A stretch of 64,000 bases of DNA. Origin: Theionarchaea archaeon. GTDB lineage: Archaea > Methanobacteriota_B > Thermococci > Methanofastidiosales > SZ-28-30. The notes under the pieces are model-generated. The model had not been told where the DNA came from. It saw only the letters and a program-made list of their open reading frames with translations, and searched no databases. Positions 20,074 through 31,081 of the stretch are shown here, one piece after another (the stretch's first letter is position 1; every line of letters starts with the position of its first letter). The stretch lies in contig JACVGT010000011.1 of NCBI GenBank assembly GCA_018992685.1, positions 96,001 through 160,000 on the forward strand, in the 5' to 3' direction. The translations under genes were made by a program, and so were the position numbers.

Positions 20074-20117
20074 TCCATGTCTCCTTTTCAGAAACAGCAG
20101 AGACACGATGATCAGTG

Positions 20118-21446
20118 TCAGTAACGCCTCTCGCCCTCAGGACTGACGCTGATTGATGTGGGTTCTGTAGGGCAGTGACGTTCACAAGCACCGCATCCTG
20201 CACACAGTGACCTGTTCACCGTGGGACCCCATCTTCCACTCCCATTCCGTCCTCTCCCGCCACTCTCTATGACATCCACAGCTTGGTACGGACACACCTC
20301 CTGGCACACCAGGCACGGCTGTTCATTTCTCCATTCCAGACAGGTGTTCCTGTCGACGGTAGCAGTTCCCAGTTTCATCTCTGCAGGGTCCACCTCCACC
20401 AGGGCACCTGTGGGGCACACCTGCCAGCACAGCATACACAACTGGCACTCACCGATTCTTGGGACCAAATGGGGTGTATAAAAATCGAACAATGATCCCT
20501 CCAAGAGGACTGGTCTCAGCCCCTGGGAGGGACATACCCGCATGCATTCCCCGCACCTCACACATACAGACAGGAAGTTCTCTTCTTTCAGAGCACCTGG
20601 TGGCCTGATGACCGTATTCCTGGTAGATGTTAGCCCCCCCCGGCTCAGGAGTGGTGATAACGCCAAAGCCGCTCCTGCTGCTGCTCCTGCCTTCAGAAAG
20701 GTTCTCCGTGACTCAAACCCCACATTCTGCTGGGTTCTGCCCAGAGTAAAAGTCAGTGCTCCCCGGCGGCATCTATCCACACAGAGCATACACAGGGTAC
20801 ATTCCGTGGCTTTCACCCTAGAACTCTGGATGGCGTCCATGGGGCAGACTCTGCTGCAGAGCCCGCACTCAGTGCAGGAATCTCCTGCCCGTATCCCGAT
20901 TGGCTTGAAAAAAGAAGCAGCCCCCAGTAAGGCTCCCAAGGGACACACAACTCTGCACCAGAAACGTTCTCCAAGAACCAGAACCAATATCACAATCAGA
21001 ATGAGCATCATGGGTACTGTCCTCTGAGTAACAAATGTGAGTGAACGGGTAAAAATGACCAGAGGGTCAGATATAACGAGGACCTGAATTCCAAAGATAG
21101 CAAGGACTATTGAAAAAATCAGGAAATAATATTTGATCCTATATAGGGATACGAGTCTTTTCTTTGCTTTTGGCAAGAGATCTGAAACAGTTCCCACAGG
21201 GCACATCCAGCCGCAGAAGAACCGACCCAGGAATACCGTGGCAACCAACAGGAAGAGGGCAGGAAGAAGCCGTGTAAAGACAGATCTGGTCGTTAAGGTG
21301 TTGATGATAAGTATGAAAGGAGACAACCTCACGAATACATTGGTATGGGTGAAATCCAGCGGATAACTCGTAAAGTAGAACAACGTTACGAAGAGTGCCA
21401 GAAAGAAGATCTGGCTTGTTCTCCTCCACAGTGATAAAGAACCCAT
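20118..21446 (-). CDS. Membrane polyferredoxin (NapH/MauN-like + NapG/MauM-like)
   Basis: GRFFCGWMCPVG, RFWCRVVCPLG, SRRTFL, IRPPGA, multiple CxxCxxCxxxCP. Confidence 0.9.
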   Translation of the reverse strand: MGSLSLWRRTSQIFFLALFVTLFYFTSYPLDFTHTNVFVRLSPFILIINTLTTRSVFTRLLPALFLLVATVFLGRFFCGWMCPVGTVSDLLPKAKKRLVSLYRIKYYFLIFSIVLAIFGIQVLVISDPLVIFTRSLTFVTQRTVPMMLILIVILVLVLGERFWCRVVCPLGALLGAASFFKPIGIRAGDSCTECGLCSRVCPMDAIQSSRVKATECTLCMLCVDRCRRGALTFTLGRTQQNVGFESRRTFLKAGAAAGAALALSPLLSRGGLTSTRNTVIRPPGALKEENFLSVCVRCGECMRVCPSQGLRPVLLEGSLFDFYTPHLVPRIGECQLCMLCWQVCPTGALVEVDPAEMKLGTATVDRNTCLEWRNEQPCLVCQEVCPYQAVDVIESGGRGRNGSGRWGPTVNRSLCAGCGACERHCPTEPTSISVSPEGERRY

Positions 21447-21574
21447 AGTCTCTATCGTCTCAAATACATATAAAGTGTTCGCTGGGCGATTGATTATGCC
21501 ATTCACTGAGTGGATTTCTGCAGCTCTGGTCGGTTTAGAGGTCTTCTTATGCTGCACCCCACGAATACGACATT

Positions 21575-22536
21575 CTACTCCAATCTCGTCAGTATTTCCT
21601 CTCTATGGAAGGTGATTGTGCTCACGTAAAAGAGAACTACATCCGCAATGGCGATAACAGCTGAAATCAACAATAAATTGGTTGTAGCAAACGGAATAAT
21701 ATTCGCATTAAACAGAATAAGAATAGTCGCAAAGGGCACCAATATAACTGATGCAAGGTGGTATGCAGTCCTTAAATCATTGACCCGTGAAGATATGACC
21801 ACACTCAATTGAGTACTCAGCATACATGTAATCGGAATAATCAACAGCAGAATAACCGTCATTTTCTCATTTGGATAGTAATAATAACCAAGTATATCGT
21901 GTGTCAGTAAATCTGCAAGGGGCATAAATATTGCTGCACCAATGTATGTCGCAGCGATGGATGGTAGAAATGTTGCAAGGCTCTTTCCAAACAGGAGTTC
22001 ACTATCTGTTATGGGGGCTGCAAGAAGTGGTTCAAGGCTTTTCTCAATCTTCTCGCCCACAATACTGTGAGTTGCGAGAGCGATGGGGAGAAGGTATGAG
22101 CTATGGCAAGCTTTTGCCTCATGCCTTTGGAAAGTGTTCCTGCTGGCTGCTCTCTCTTGTCCCAGAGCCCCATCACTTTGAGGAAGTACTCGATCCTTTC
22201 ACTCCTCAGTTCTTTGGGAGTTTTATACAGTCGTCCGGAAAAATCGAAGTTCTGATAAGCGTTCAGATTGCTATATAATCCAACATTCTCAGGCAACAGC
22301 CCGATCATTCTTCTGATCTCCTGTGAATCCGGGCTGTTTCCAACTTCGTAATCACCTATCCACGCCCTGCCACTGGTTTTCGAAATCAAGCAGCTGAGCA
22401 TCCTCACTGTGGTGATTTTTCCTGAACCATTCGGTCCGAGGAACCCGAAAACCTCTCCTTCATCAATACGCAGAGTTACATCCTCTACTGCTGCAAGAGC
22501 GCCAAATTTCTTTGTTAAATTTTCAGTATCAATCAT
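21575..22536 (-). pseudogene. Deleted ABC-2 exporter: ATPase N-terminal part joined to permease C-terminal part
   Basis: 22009..22536 has GPNGSGK and LSKGMRQKLAIA but no Walker B; 21575..22060 begins mid-permease (GEKIEKSLEPLLAAP). Confidence 0.8.
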
Positions 22537-22642
22537 TGTACAGTGTCATCTCTGAAAAGTTATAAGAGTTTCGTTTCATGCAGGGCTGTCTCATGATTCT
22601 TACTCACACAAAACCTTTTTCTCTTATGTGCAATGTCAACTT

Positions 22643-22933
22643 ATGGAATTGCATGTATTTCAACGGTTGATGAAGGAGTTATATTTCCCTCGTGATGTGC
22701 AAAGAGGGGTGGAGAAGACATTCATGTGGTTAACTGAGGAAGTGGGAGAATTGGGAAGAGCTATCAGGACACAGGATGAAGAAGGAATCCGTGAGGAGAT
22801 GGCAGACATTCTGGCATGGCTGTGTTCTCTGGGGAATGTCCTGGACGTTGACATTGAGGAGGCAGCTCTGGGCAAATACAATGAGGTATGCCCTCGATGC
22901 GGGAAGATACCTTGTGAATGCTCCCTGCAGTGA
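22643..22933 (+). CDS. MazG-like nucleotide pyrophosphohydrolase with C-terminal CPxCxxxPCxC
   Basis: WLTEEVGELGRAI, EEMADILAWLCSLGN, KY...CPRCGKIPCEC. Confidence 0.9.
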   Translation: MELHVFQRLMKELYFPRDVQRGVEKTFMWLTEEVGELGRAIRTQDEEGIREEMADILAWLCSLGNVLDVDIEEAALGKYNEVCPRCGKIPCECSLQ

Positions 22934-22998
22934 GCGTGATTGGCAACTCGGGTGCTAGCCCGCAAAGATTTATAAGGGTAGAATCTGCTTTTTTGCTA

Positions 22999-23073
22999 GC
23001 TCCGATAGTGTAGACCGGTCAATCATTCCGGCCTTTCGAGCCGGCGACCCGGGTTCAAATCCCGGTCGGAGCA
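22999..23073 (+). tRNA. tRNA-Glu(TTC)
   Basis: GCTCCGA/TCGGAGC acceptor stem, CCGGC-CTTTCGA-GCCGG anticodon arm, CCGGG-TTCAAAT-CCCGG T arm; TATA tttataag at 22969-22976. Confidence 0.97.
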
Positions 23074-23490
23074 TGTTTTCCGTGGCTTTGATGCCCTTCT
23101 CTTTTTTTATGCATTTTAATGCCGTGGAGCTTTTGCAGAAAGTTTTGATCGCTTACAGAAAGTTTTACAAGCCAAAAAATGTTATAATATGATATTCTCG
23201 TATTTTTCTATTGAGAAATAGAGGGTGAAATTCACGTCGATTTTTTGATTAAGAGAAATCATATTGTCTTGATGAGATTAATTTGCTTTGATTTCATGAT
23301 CTGTTTATTATTTGAAATTCTGATATTTTTTTGACTTAATTGTCAGATACATCATTGAAAAAATAATCTTTTCTTCTTTTTATCATTCAAAATTGAAGAT
23401 GAGATCAAATTGATGGGCAGAAAAGTGGGGGGTTTGAAATTATCAACAATGCTGGGTTCGAGACAGAGAACCTGTTCGGAAAATTAATAC

Positions 23491-23784
23491 ATGAGGAGGA
23501 AATCAACCATTTCAAAGGAAGGGAGATTCATCAAACAATACGCCAAGAGAATACATGAGAAGACAGTTCTCCGCACGGAAGTATCTTCCGAAGGTGAATT
23601 TGATGATGTTGTACAAAGACTGGAAGAAAGCGTGGAAAAGGAGGAATTATGGGAAAAAATCAAATCAAAGGAGAGGATAATTGAGGAATTGAAGAAGAAC
23701 TATAGGATTTCATTGGATAGGAAACAACTGAAAAAGGAAAATCAGCAACTAGGAAAAGGGAAAGCAGAACTGAAAGGCTGTTAG
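23491..23784 (+). CDS. Charged coiled-coil hypothetical protein or gene remnant
   Basis: 97-aa K/E-rich ORF in the AT-rich stretch after tRNA-Glu. Confidence 0.35.
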   Translation: MRRKSTISKEGRFIKQYAKRIHEKTVLRTEVSSEGEFDDVVQRLEESVEKEELWEKIKSKERIIEELKKNYRISLDRKQLKKENQQLGKGKAELKGC

Positions 23785-23998
23785 AACGAGTATCGGTATA
23801 CTAGATGTATAGGAAACACATTTCAACAATCTCATCCTTGACAGAATGCATATTTCGACTTCATGTATTACCTTTTGACCCTTTTGTCAAAGTCTAAAAG
23901 CATTCAGCCGGCTTCACACCATCCCAGTTAAAGCGATCTTCTTGTCCAGAAATAAGTGGTCACTCTCCAGAATGACGCTGGCAAGTCTGTTGTCTTCA

Positions 23999-25849
23999 TT
24001 ATTGTTTTGAGGACTTCCCGGGTCTAAAGAAGATGATTGTAGAGGTGATAACTGCAAAAATGATGATTATTAACAGGAAAGTGGAAAGATATTCTGTCGA
24101 GGGAGTGGGTTCTGTCGAGGGAGTGGGTTCTGTCGAGGGAGTGGGTTCTGTCGAGCAAGTGAGCTCTTCTGTACTGAGTGAATAACAGCACCATGAAGGA
24201 CACCAATCGATTGCTGGGTTATTGGTTAGATTTTTTTGGTCAGTCCCGTCGGAATTCATTACATAGATTTCTTCATTTCCATCCCTATCTGAAGAAAAAA
24301 GAATTTTCTTCCCATCAGGTGACCACGTGGCATACATATCCTTAGCAGGGTTCGTAGTTAACTGCACCACATTACTTCCGTCTGCATCCATCACATAAAT
24401 ATCATAATCTCCTCGTCTAAGTGAACAAAAGAGGATCTTCTTCCCATCAGGTGACCAGGAAGGACCCCATTCGCCTGAAGGGTAATCTGTGAGTCTTTCT
24501 ACATTGCTTCCATCAACATTCATAACAAAGATGCCCTCAGCTGAAAAGGCAATCCGTGTCCCATCAGGTGACCATGCGGGACAATTCTCATAATCAGGGC
24601 TGTTTGTCAGGTTTACCAGGTCATTCCCATCAATATTTATGATATAAATATCAGAGTTTCCACTCATATTTGAAGAAAAAGCAATCCGTGTCCCGTCAGG
24701 TGACCATGCAGGGTTCAAGTCCGCTGCATTGCTGTTAGTCAGATTTACCAGGTTACTCCCATCGGCATTCATGACACAGATATCTGGGGTCCTGAACTCC
24801 CCGCTCGTATCCAGCTCAAGTGCAATTTTCGTTCCATCTGGAGACCACACTGGACAAAGGTGTGAAAGAGGGATATTGGATATTCTCATCTGATTTTTTC
24901 CATCACTATCCATTGTATACACCTGGTATCCCCAATCATTACACGAACAAAAGATAATCTTTTCACCATCAGGAGACCACGAAGGACCGAAATCCACTGT
25001 ATCAGTATATGTAAGCCTTGTTCGGTTTCCTCCATCACTATCCATGAGAAAAATATTACTACCATCCTCATTTGAATCAAAGGCAATCAGTGATCCGTCA
25101 GGAGACCAATTAGGACGAGAATCCATATGTTGATTATGTGTTAACCTTCTCACATTTTCCCCATTACTATTCATAGTATATATCCCCCAATTTCTATCTC
25201 TGTCTGATACAAAGGCAATCATTGATCCATCAGAAGACCAAGCAGGGTGTAAATCCAAGGCCGAGTTATTACTTACATTTTCTTGGCTACTACCATCAGC
25301 GTTCATGACATAGATTTCATCTTTCCAATCCCTATCTGAGACAAATGCAATTTTCGTTCCATCTGGCGACCATGTAGGTTCCTCATCATTAAATGGATTA
25401 TTGGTTACGTTCACTTGGTTACTGCCATCAGTGTTCATGACATAAATCTCCTCATTTCCATCCCTATCCGAGACAAATGCAATTTTCGTTCCATCTGGCG
25501 ACCATGCTGGAGACACATCTGAAGCAGGATCATAGGTAAGCCTTTTCACCTGTTCTCCATTATTATCCATGACATAAATTTCCTCATTTCCATCCCTCTC
25601 TGATACAAAGGCAATCATTGATCCGTCAGGAGACCATGAGGGATTCGAGTCATTAGTAAAATTATCAGTAAGTCCTCTTATATTACTTCCATCAGAATCC
25701 ATTATTTTGATTTCCCAATCACAATCTCTACTTGACACAAAAGCAATTCTTCCATAATTTTCTGGCCCCATAAGAAGAGGGGAGAGAACAACTAGAAAGA
25801 GGCATATCATCAAAGAGACTGCAACTACTCTACATTTTGTATTCATCAT
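23999..25849 (-). CDS. Secreted TolB-like (PD40) beta-propeller protein with STEPTP linker and C-terminal membrane anchor
   Basis: About 12 P.WSPDG.KIAF.S.RDG..EIYVM repeats, N-terminal signal, C-terminal TM. Confidence 0.9.
   Translation of the reverse strand: MMNTKCRVVAVSLMICLFLVVLSPLLMGPENYGRIAFVSSRDCDWEIKIMDSDGSNIRGLTDNFTNDSNPSWSPDGSMIAFVSERDGNEEIYVMDNNGEQVKRLTYDPASDVSPAWSPDGTKIAFVSDRDGNEEIYVMNTDGSNQVNVTNNPFNDEEPTWSPDGTKIAFVSDRDWKDEIYVMNADGSSQENVSNNSALDLHPAWSSDGSMIAFVSDRDRNWGIYTMNSNGENVRRLTHNQHMDSRPNWSPDGSLIAFDSNEDGSNIFLMDSDGGNRTRLTYTDTVDFGPSWSPDGEKIIFCSCNDWGYQVYTMDSDGKNQMRISNIPLSHLCPVWSPDGTKIALELDTSGEFRTPDICVMNADGSNLVNLTNSNAADLNPAWSPDGTRIAFSSNMSGNSDIYIINIDGNDLVNLTNSPDYENCPAWSPDGTRIAFSAEGIFVMNVDGSNVERLTDYPSGEWGPSWSPDGKKILFCSLRRGDYDIYVMDADGSNVVQLTTNPAKDMYATWSPDGKKILFSSDRDGNEEIYVMNSDGTDQKNLTNNPAIDWCPSWCCYSLSTEELTCSTEPTPSTEPTPSTEPTPSTEYLSTFLLIIIIFAVITSTIIFFRPGKSSKQ
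24092..24155. repeat. 18-bp tandem repeat (ttctgtcgagggagtggg x3.5) encoding an STEPTP linker
   Basis: Direct reading; in frame within the TolB-like CDS. Confidence 0.9.
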
Positions 25850-26363
25850 TTCATTCACCTCGAGTTCTGATTTCATCTGAATCCACCCAGTCAAAGGAGG
25901 AAATATACTCCAAAGAACTGGTCAATTCTTCCATTACGGGACTTATATGGTTATTGGTTAGACGTTAGACGAATATTGCAGCTCAATGAGAGTCCTGAAG
26001 AGCTTCATTTATGGATATATAGATACAAAGGGATTATTCTAAAGAGATTTTATCTCCCACCTATATCCAACCAGATGTTCCACCTGAACTGGCTGTATTG
26101 TAAGTGGACACTTTCTAGTAGGTCGTATGACACCTCCGCTGTGTGTTGTGATAACAATCAGTATTGCAAGTACTAGTACTTCTTTTATCAGAGAAGTACA
26201 AAAAAGAAATATTCTTCCCAAAATAGCCACGATTGGCAAATCCAATGTTGAGAGTTGAAGAATCTCCTTCCAAGCCCTCCACAATTTCATAAAACGGTTA
26301 GAGAGACCTCCACAGAACACTAACAAACGAAGACTTTATATACCCAGTTATCTTTTCCTGTAT

Positions 26364-27005
26364 GTGAAGGACGTTAATAAAGAAGGGAAAGAAGGCCTTG
26401 TAAGGGAAATACTAGAGGGAGGCGACCTCACGGAAGCAGATATAAAGGAGCAACTGAAGAGAAGGGGGATTTCCTTCGTGAAGAGGTACAACCAAAAATA
26501 TTCAGCTCTCGTATTGGTGTCCGTTGTCGTCTGGCTTCTCCCCACCCTCGCTAAAGTTTCTGGCCTGAGCGCCTTGGAGGGCCTCTCTCAGTTGACAAAG
26601 ATACGTTTTCCCGTGCCCGTATTAGTCGTCTCTGTAGCCCTGTTTGTGATAGCACTGGTTATTGAGGTCAAGGTCGTCTCCATGAGGTCGAGGCTCGGAG
26701 GATTAGATGACGCCCACGAGTCCCTTGTCATCATCAGGGAGGGACCGTACGCCGTCATAAGGCACCCAGGGTACCTTGCGGAGGTGGTTTACTTCACTCT
26801 CTTACCAGTGGTACTGAGCGAGTGGATAAGCTTTACCATACTTGCGATCGTCCACATCGCCGTAGTCTTAGTCAGTTTCTCATACCTCATTCGCGTCGAG
26901 GACAATTTTAACGTAGCGAAATGGGGCGATGAATACCGGCGTTACATGGACGAGCTACCTGCTATTAACTTTCTCAATTGGCTATGGAATTACTTTAAAA
27001 AGTGA
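26364..27005 (+). CDS. Isoprenylcysteine carboxyl methyltransferase (ICMT/PEMT)-family membrane protein
   Basis: GPYAVIRHPGY, RVED....WGDEYRRY....P. Confidence 0.85.
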   Translation: MKDVNKEGKEGLVREILEGGDLTEADIKEQLKRRGISFVKRYNQKYSALVLVSVVVWLLPTLAKVSGLSALEGLSQLTKIRFPVPVLVVSVALFVIALVIEVKVVSMRSRLGGLDDAHESLVIIREGPYAVIRHPGYLAEVVYFTLLPVVLSEWISFTILAIVHIAVVLVSFSYLIRVEDNFNVAKWGDEYRRYMDELPAINFLNWLWNYFKK

Positions 27006-27105
27006 TGAAAACCTGAATTTCTTTTCAGAGAATTTTCTGTCGAACCCACACAAAACCGTTGATGTAGAAAAATATATTAATAAGACACTATGAAGAAGAA
27101 TCACG

Positions 27106-27900
27106 ATGTTCGGTCGACTACTTCGAAATAAAACGGGAAATGTCAGAACATATTGGAATCTGTTCATACTGGCCTTCTCCGTGTTGGCAGTAATTGTCTT
27201 GAATCGCATAATCCTGATACTGATTGGTCTACTCAATGATACCACCAGCTCGCAGATAATTTCAGGTATCATGGACCTAGTAGCAGTAATAGGGTTGATA
27301 TATGTGCTTACAACCAAGTTAGACAGAAGAGATTTCAGCTGGGCTGAAATCGGCTTGTCACGGAACCTCAACATATTCATCTTTTTCGGCGGAGGCGTAA
27401 TCCTTGGCGGGTTTCTGGAACTCTTCTCCTGGGGGCTGGGCATCGCACGAGGGGCTGTTGAAATGCCCATGATGCCAAGTATTGTCCCAATTGCAGTCTT
27501 GGCAGGAACAACCGCAGCTATGTTAAATAGCTTCTGGCAGGAAATCGCATTCAGGGGGTATCTGCAAACGAGGTTCGTGGAGAGTTATGGCGCAGTAATT
27601 GGAATTCCAGTGGTCGCTGTTTCCTTCGTCCTCCTTCATCTATTGTTTCGTCCACTGTCACCACTTGAAGTATTGACTGGCATCATTCTGTTTCTTCTCG
27701 TAGGGTTACTGTACCATCTGACACGGTCTCTTTATCTAGTTGGCGCACTACATGGAACTCTGAACTATATCCCGATCCTGCTGGAAAAATGGTCACAACC
27801 ATTAGACAGAGCAATCGTGTACGGACTCGCACTGGGGTTAGTGCTCCTGTTAGCACACGTACTGCGCAGAAACAAAGATAAAGCTAGAGATCTCAAGTAG
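27106..27900 (+). CDS. CPBP/Abi (type II CAAX) intramembrane protease
   Basis: WQEIAFRGY, SFVLLH, SLY....LH...N motifs; multi-TM. Confidence 0.85.
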   Translation: MFGRLLRNKTGNVRTYWNLFILAFSVLAVIVLNRIILILIGLLNDTTSSQIISGIMDLVAVIGLIYVLTTKLDRRDFSWAEIGLSRNLNIFIFFGGGVILGGFLELFSWGLGIARGAVEMPMMPSIVPIAVLAGTTAAMLNSFWQEIAFRGYLQTRFVESYGAVIGIPVVAVSFVLLHLLFRPLSPLEVLTGIILFLLVGLLYHLTRSLYLVGALHGTLNYIPILLEKWSQPLDRAIVYGLALGLVLLLAHVLRRNKDKARDLK

Positions 27901-28155
27901 AGATCGAATTTCCTGATCTGCAGGGTTTCTTTTCTGTCTCCCGAACCAACTATTAGAGGTTTTTCTTTGGATCTTTTGTCGAGGATTCCGATCTTAAGGT
28001 AATCTCTGATCCCTGCCAATTTGATCTTCGACAGAACTTCTGGTAGGATAAACCCATACCAACCTCTTATTATTAGAGAGAGCTCAAAGATTCTGTTCTG
28101 ACGTTATTCTTCATTCCTCTGACAACTCTTAAGTGCGACCTGATCAATATAGAGC

Positions 28156-29031
28156 ATGAACCCTCTATCCGTAAGATGCATCCTTTTGGTCATTTTGGTT
28201 TTGGGTTGTGTGAGTGCGCCTCCTCCAACTCCAGAGTCTCCAGCACCTGCTACACCAACCTTGACTCCTGCTCCTGGGGTGAACCCTGAAAGAGCCCAAA
28301 ATGCGCCAGGTATCTTTTACTCACACACTGTTCAAGACAATTTCACAATCTATGTCGGACTCCCCAGTAACTATGATCCAGAGAGTTCTGACCAGTATCA
28401 TACCATATATTTGCTGGATGGGGACTGGTATTTTGATGGTTCACACTGGAGAATGCCTGATAATGGTGTCAAGGGGATTGTACGCACTTTAAGTTACCAG
28501 GGGTTGATACCTGAATCCATTGTCGTAGGAATTGGATACCCAGAAGAGAATAATCGGGGGAGGGACTTTCTCTGGGACTACAACAATTTTTATGTATTTT
28601 TGAAAAATGAACTCATTCCGTCCATAGATGAGAATTACAACACTGATGTCACGAGAAGAACATTAATAGGTCACTCAGATGGTGCATTCTTTACGTTACA
28701 TGCCCTTTTCCAGTGTGGTAAGCCAGACAATCCTTTCACGAATTTTATCGCTGTCAGCGGTGATTTCACCAAGGTAAATGGTGTATTGTCTGCTGAGGAG
28801 ATGGCGTTACACCAGCGGAATAGAAGTGTACCTGCTTCATTGTTCATGGCGGTGGGCGGGCAGGAAGAAGAACGGTTCATATCAAGCAACAGGCAAATGG
28901 CAGAGATTCTAGAAAAGAGGGATTACACAGATTTCAGGGTTATCTTTAGGGAGTACTACGGACTGAATCACGGCAACATTGTGAGTGTTGCTATTCAGGA
29001 TGGATTATTATGGATTTTTTCAGATGAATAA
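28156..29031 (+). CDS. Lipoprotein-like alpha/beta hydrolase (IroE/esterase type)
   Basis: LGC lipobox-like motif, Pro/Thr linker, YLLDGD, GHSDG nucleophile elbow, GLNH. Confidence 0.85.
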   Translation: MNPLSVRCILLVILVLGCVSAPPPTPESPAPATPTLTPAPGVNPERAQNAPGIFYSHTVQDNFTIYVGLPSNYDPESSDQYHTIYLLDGDWYFDGSHWRMPDNGVKGIVRTLSYQGLIPESIVVGIGYPEENNRGRDFLWDYNNFYVFLKNELIPSIDENYNTDVTRRTLIGHSDGAFFTLHALFQCGKPDNPFTNFIAVSGDFTKVNGVLSAEEMALHQRNRSVPASLFMAVGGQEEERFISSNRQMAEILEKRDYTDFRVIFREYYGLNHGNIVSVAIQDGLLWIFSDE

Positions 29032-29203
29032 TGACTGCCCCCTAGTTCTCAGCATCCTCCTGGTCATGAATGGGCTGATAGGTGACTATGAAATCAATGA
29101 GCCAGTTCTGTTGATAGAGAGCATATCGGGATCTTTTGCCTGCAATTGCCTGTACGATTCCCCAAAGAATTTATCAACGGTCATCATTAAACATTTGATC
29201 ATA

Positions 29204-31081
29204 TCACGAGATTAGAGAGGCTTCTCTGAGCTTCACTTCGACGTCTTCGAGACCAAGGTTGCGTAGTGTTTCTGGTTTTGGCACACCATTCTCGTTCCAG
29301 CCAGCGGCATTAAAATATTCAAGCTTTGACTTCTCAAATGCAGTTCTGTCCAGGGATCTTCCCTTGTCAGGTCCTGAGGGTAATGGCTCCCAGAACCGTG
29401 GCGGAAGCTCATCATCGAGGTTCGGTTTCCATGTGATGTCAGGTCCACCCAGGAGGAGCATAGCCCTCTGCAGCTGTAGAATTCTCAGAGCTTTTTCTTG
29501 ATACCATTCCTCTTCTGTCAGTTCCCATCCTGTTACTGCTTCGTAGAAGTTGAAGATGTCTCTATTATCAAGTGCCATTGCAGCAAAAAAGCAATAGACA
29601 GCTGAGTCTCCCATGATTGAGAACAACTCGCTATGCCTGTGGCCAATCGGGAGATCAGCCCCTGACGTGTGGTCTCCTGCCTGGACTGAACATGCATACG
29701 CAATTGGGTTCGTTGTTACATAGTCTCTTCCACTTCTAATGCCGTGTGCCCCAATAGCTACACCCTTTTCGTGAATAGCATATTTAAGCACATCAAGACC
29801 TTTCATTTCACTAATCTTCACAGCAGCTCGATAGATCCCCTCACTTAAAATATCACCAATTCCCTGTCTCGTGGCTATTCTCTCAGCCAGGGCTGCGAAG
29901 GCTTCAACATCCCCCCACTCAAGAGCTATTCCATCGAGATCCTCTCGTGTGAGTATTCCCTTTTGGTACAGTTCTGCTGCGAATCCGAGAACTGCTCCAC
30001 TCTGAATTCCGCACGAACCCAGCTCGTTACTTACGTAAGAAAGGTATATATTCTTTTCAGGAGTAAATATCCCGAGATTTGTTCCCAAGTAGGATTCAAG
30101 TTCATAATCTGGATTGTCGCATATTGCTCCTTCATACGTTCCATCTTTCAGCACAGAAACCTTGAGGCACGTTGTTGGGCAACCGAAATCTCCCCAATTT
30201 TTTTTGACCCAGTACTTGTCGAATTCTTCTCCTTTGTAACTCTGTTCTTGGTGCCATTCCTCTTGCCAGTTTCTGATGGGTTCTGAACTTGTTTCAGCTC
30301 CAAAATAGTAACCTCCTGCTCCTGTTCCCCAGCGTCTAAACCGTTCACGTTCAAAATTCTTTACTAGAAATTCCTGGACAAGATCTAGAGTCCTTTCTTT
30401 ATCATATACATCTGGTAATGGACCAAACCCTTTCGCCACAAGTGCTTTCAGGTTCTTTGCTCCCATGACCGCCCCATATCCGCCGTAACCTGCAGCATGT
30501 GCATACTTAGAAGTGACAGCGGCTATTCTCGCCTTGTTTTCTCCAGATGGTCCAATATAGAGAAATGAGGGCTCAATTACTTCTCCATACCCCGGTCTAA
30601 TATCTTTGATTTCTTTGAGTGATTCTTTAACAAGAAACCGTACGGTTTCTCTGGCTTTTTTACCCCAGATAGGTGAAGCTTCCTTAATTTCGACGTGGTT
30701 GTCGCATATGAAGAGGTAGCACGGCTGCTCTGCCTTTCCACGTATGATCAACCCATCATACCCTGCGCATTTCAAGTCGATTCCGAATTCGCCTGCTACC
30801 GTCGAGCCTATGACACCATTGCTTTGAGGTGACTTTCCAGAAACACAGATCTTTGTTCCAGGAAAGTATCCTGTCAGTGGGCCTGTGAGTACGAGAAGCA
30901 TGTTTTCTGAGCTGAGTGGATCTACACTTTCCCATGTGCTCCCCAGTATATCCCATAATATCCTTGTAGCCAACCCTCTTCCACCAATATAGTCTCTGAG
31001 AACGCTGTCTGGAACCTTCTTTTCCTTAATAGCTCTACTGGAAAGATCTATTTCCAGAAATTTTCCAGCGTAACCCCTCAT
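29204..31081 (-). CDS. aor: Tungsten-dependent aldehyde:ferredoxin oxidoreductase family
   Basis: MRGYAGKFLEIDLS, GGRGLA, GPLTG, AGYGGYGAVMGAKNLKA, PDYE, DDELPPRF, GW.ENGVP. Confidence 0.9.
   Translation of the reverse strand: MRGYAGKFLEIDLSSRAIKEKKVPDSVLRDYIGGRGLATRILWDILGSTWESVDPLSSENMLLVLTGPLTGYFPGTKICVSGKSPQSNGVIGSTVAGEFGIDLKCAGYDGLIIRGKAEQPCYLFICDNHVEIKEASPIWGKKARETVRFLVKESLKEIKDIRPGYGEVIEPSFLYIGPSGENKARIAAVTSKYAHAAGYGGYGAVMGAKNLKALVAKGFGPLPDVYDKERTLDLVQEFLVKNFERERFRRWGTGAGGYYFGAETSSEPIRNWQEEWHQEQSYKGEEFDKYWVKKNWGDFGCPTTCLKVSVLKDGTYEGAICDNPDYELESYLGTNLGIFTPEKNIYLSYVSNELGSCGIQSGAVLGFAAELYQKGILTREDLDGIALEWGDVEAFAALAERIATRQGIGDILSEGIYRAAVKISEMKGLDVLKYAIHEKGVAIGAHGIRSGRDYVTTNPIAYACSVQAGDHTSGADLPIGHRHSELFSIMGDSAVYCFFAAMALDNRDIFNFYEAVTGWELTEEEWYQEKALRILQLQRAMLLLGGPDITWKPNLDDELPPRFWEPLPSGPDKGRSLDRTAFEKSKLEYFNAAGWNENGVPKPETLRNLGLEDVEVKLREASLIS

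Noticed and set aside
23075-23800. Integrated virus or plasmid at tRNA-Glu
   Set aside because: AT-rich, but no integrase, replication or structural genes, and no tRNA 3'-end duplication noticed in the window
24092-24155. Short repeat array considered as a CRISPR
   Set aside because: 18-bp head-to-tail repeats without spacers, encoding STEPTP in frame; no cas genes or arrays seen in the window
24200-25750. Recurrent ~130-bp nucleotide repeats
   Set aside because: They are the PD40 propeller blades of the TolB-like CDS
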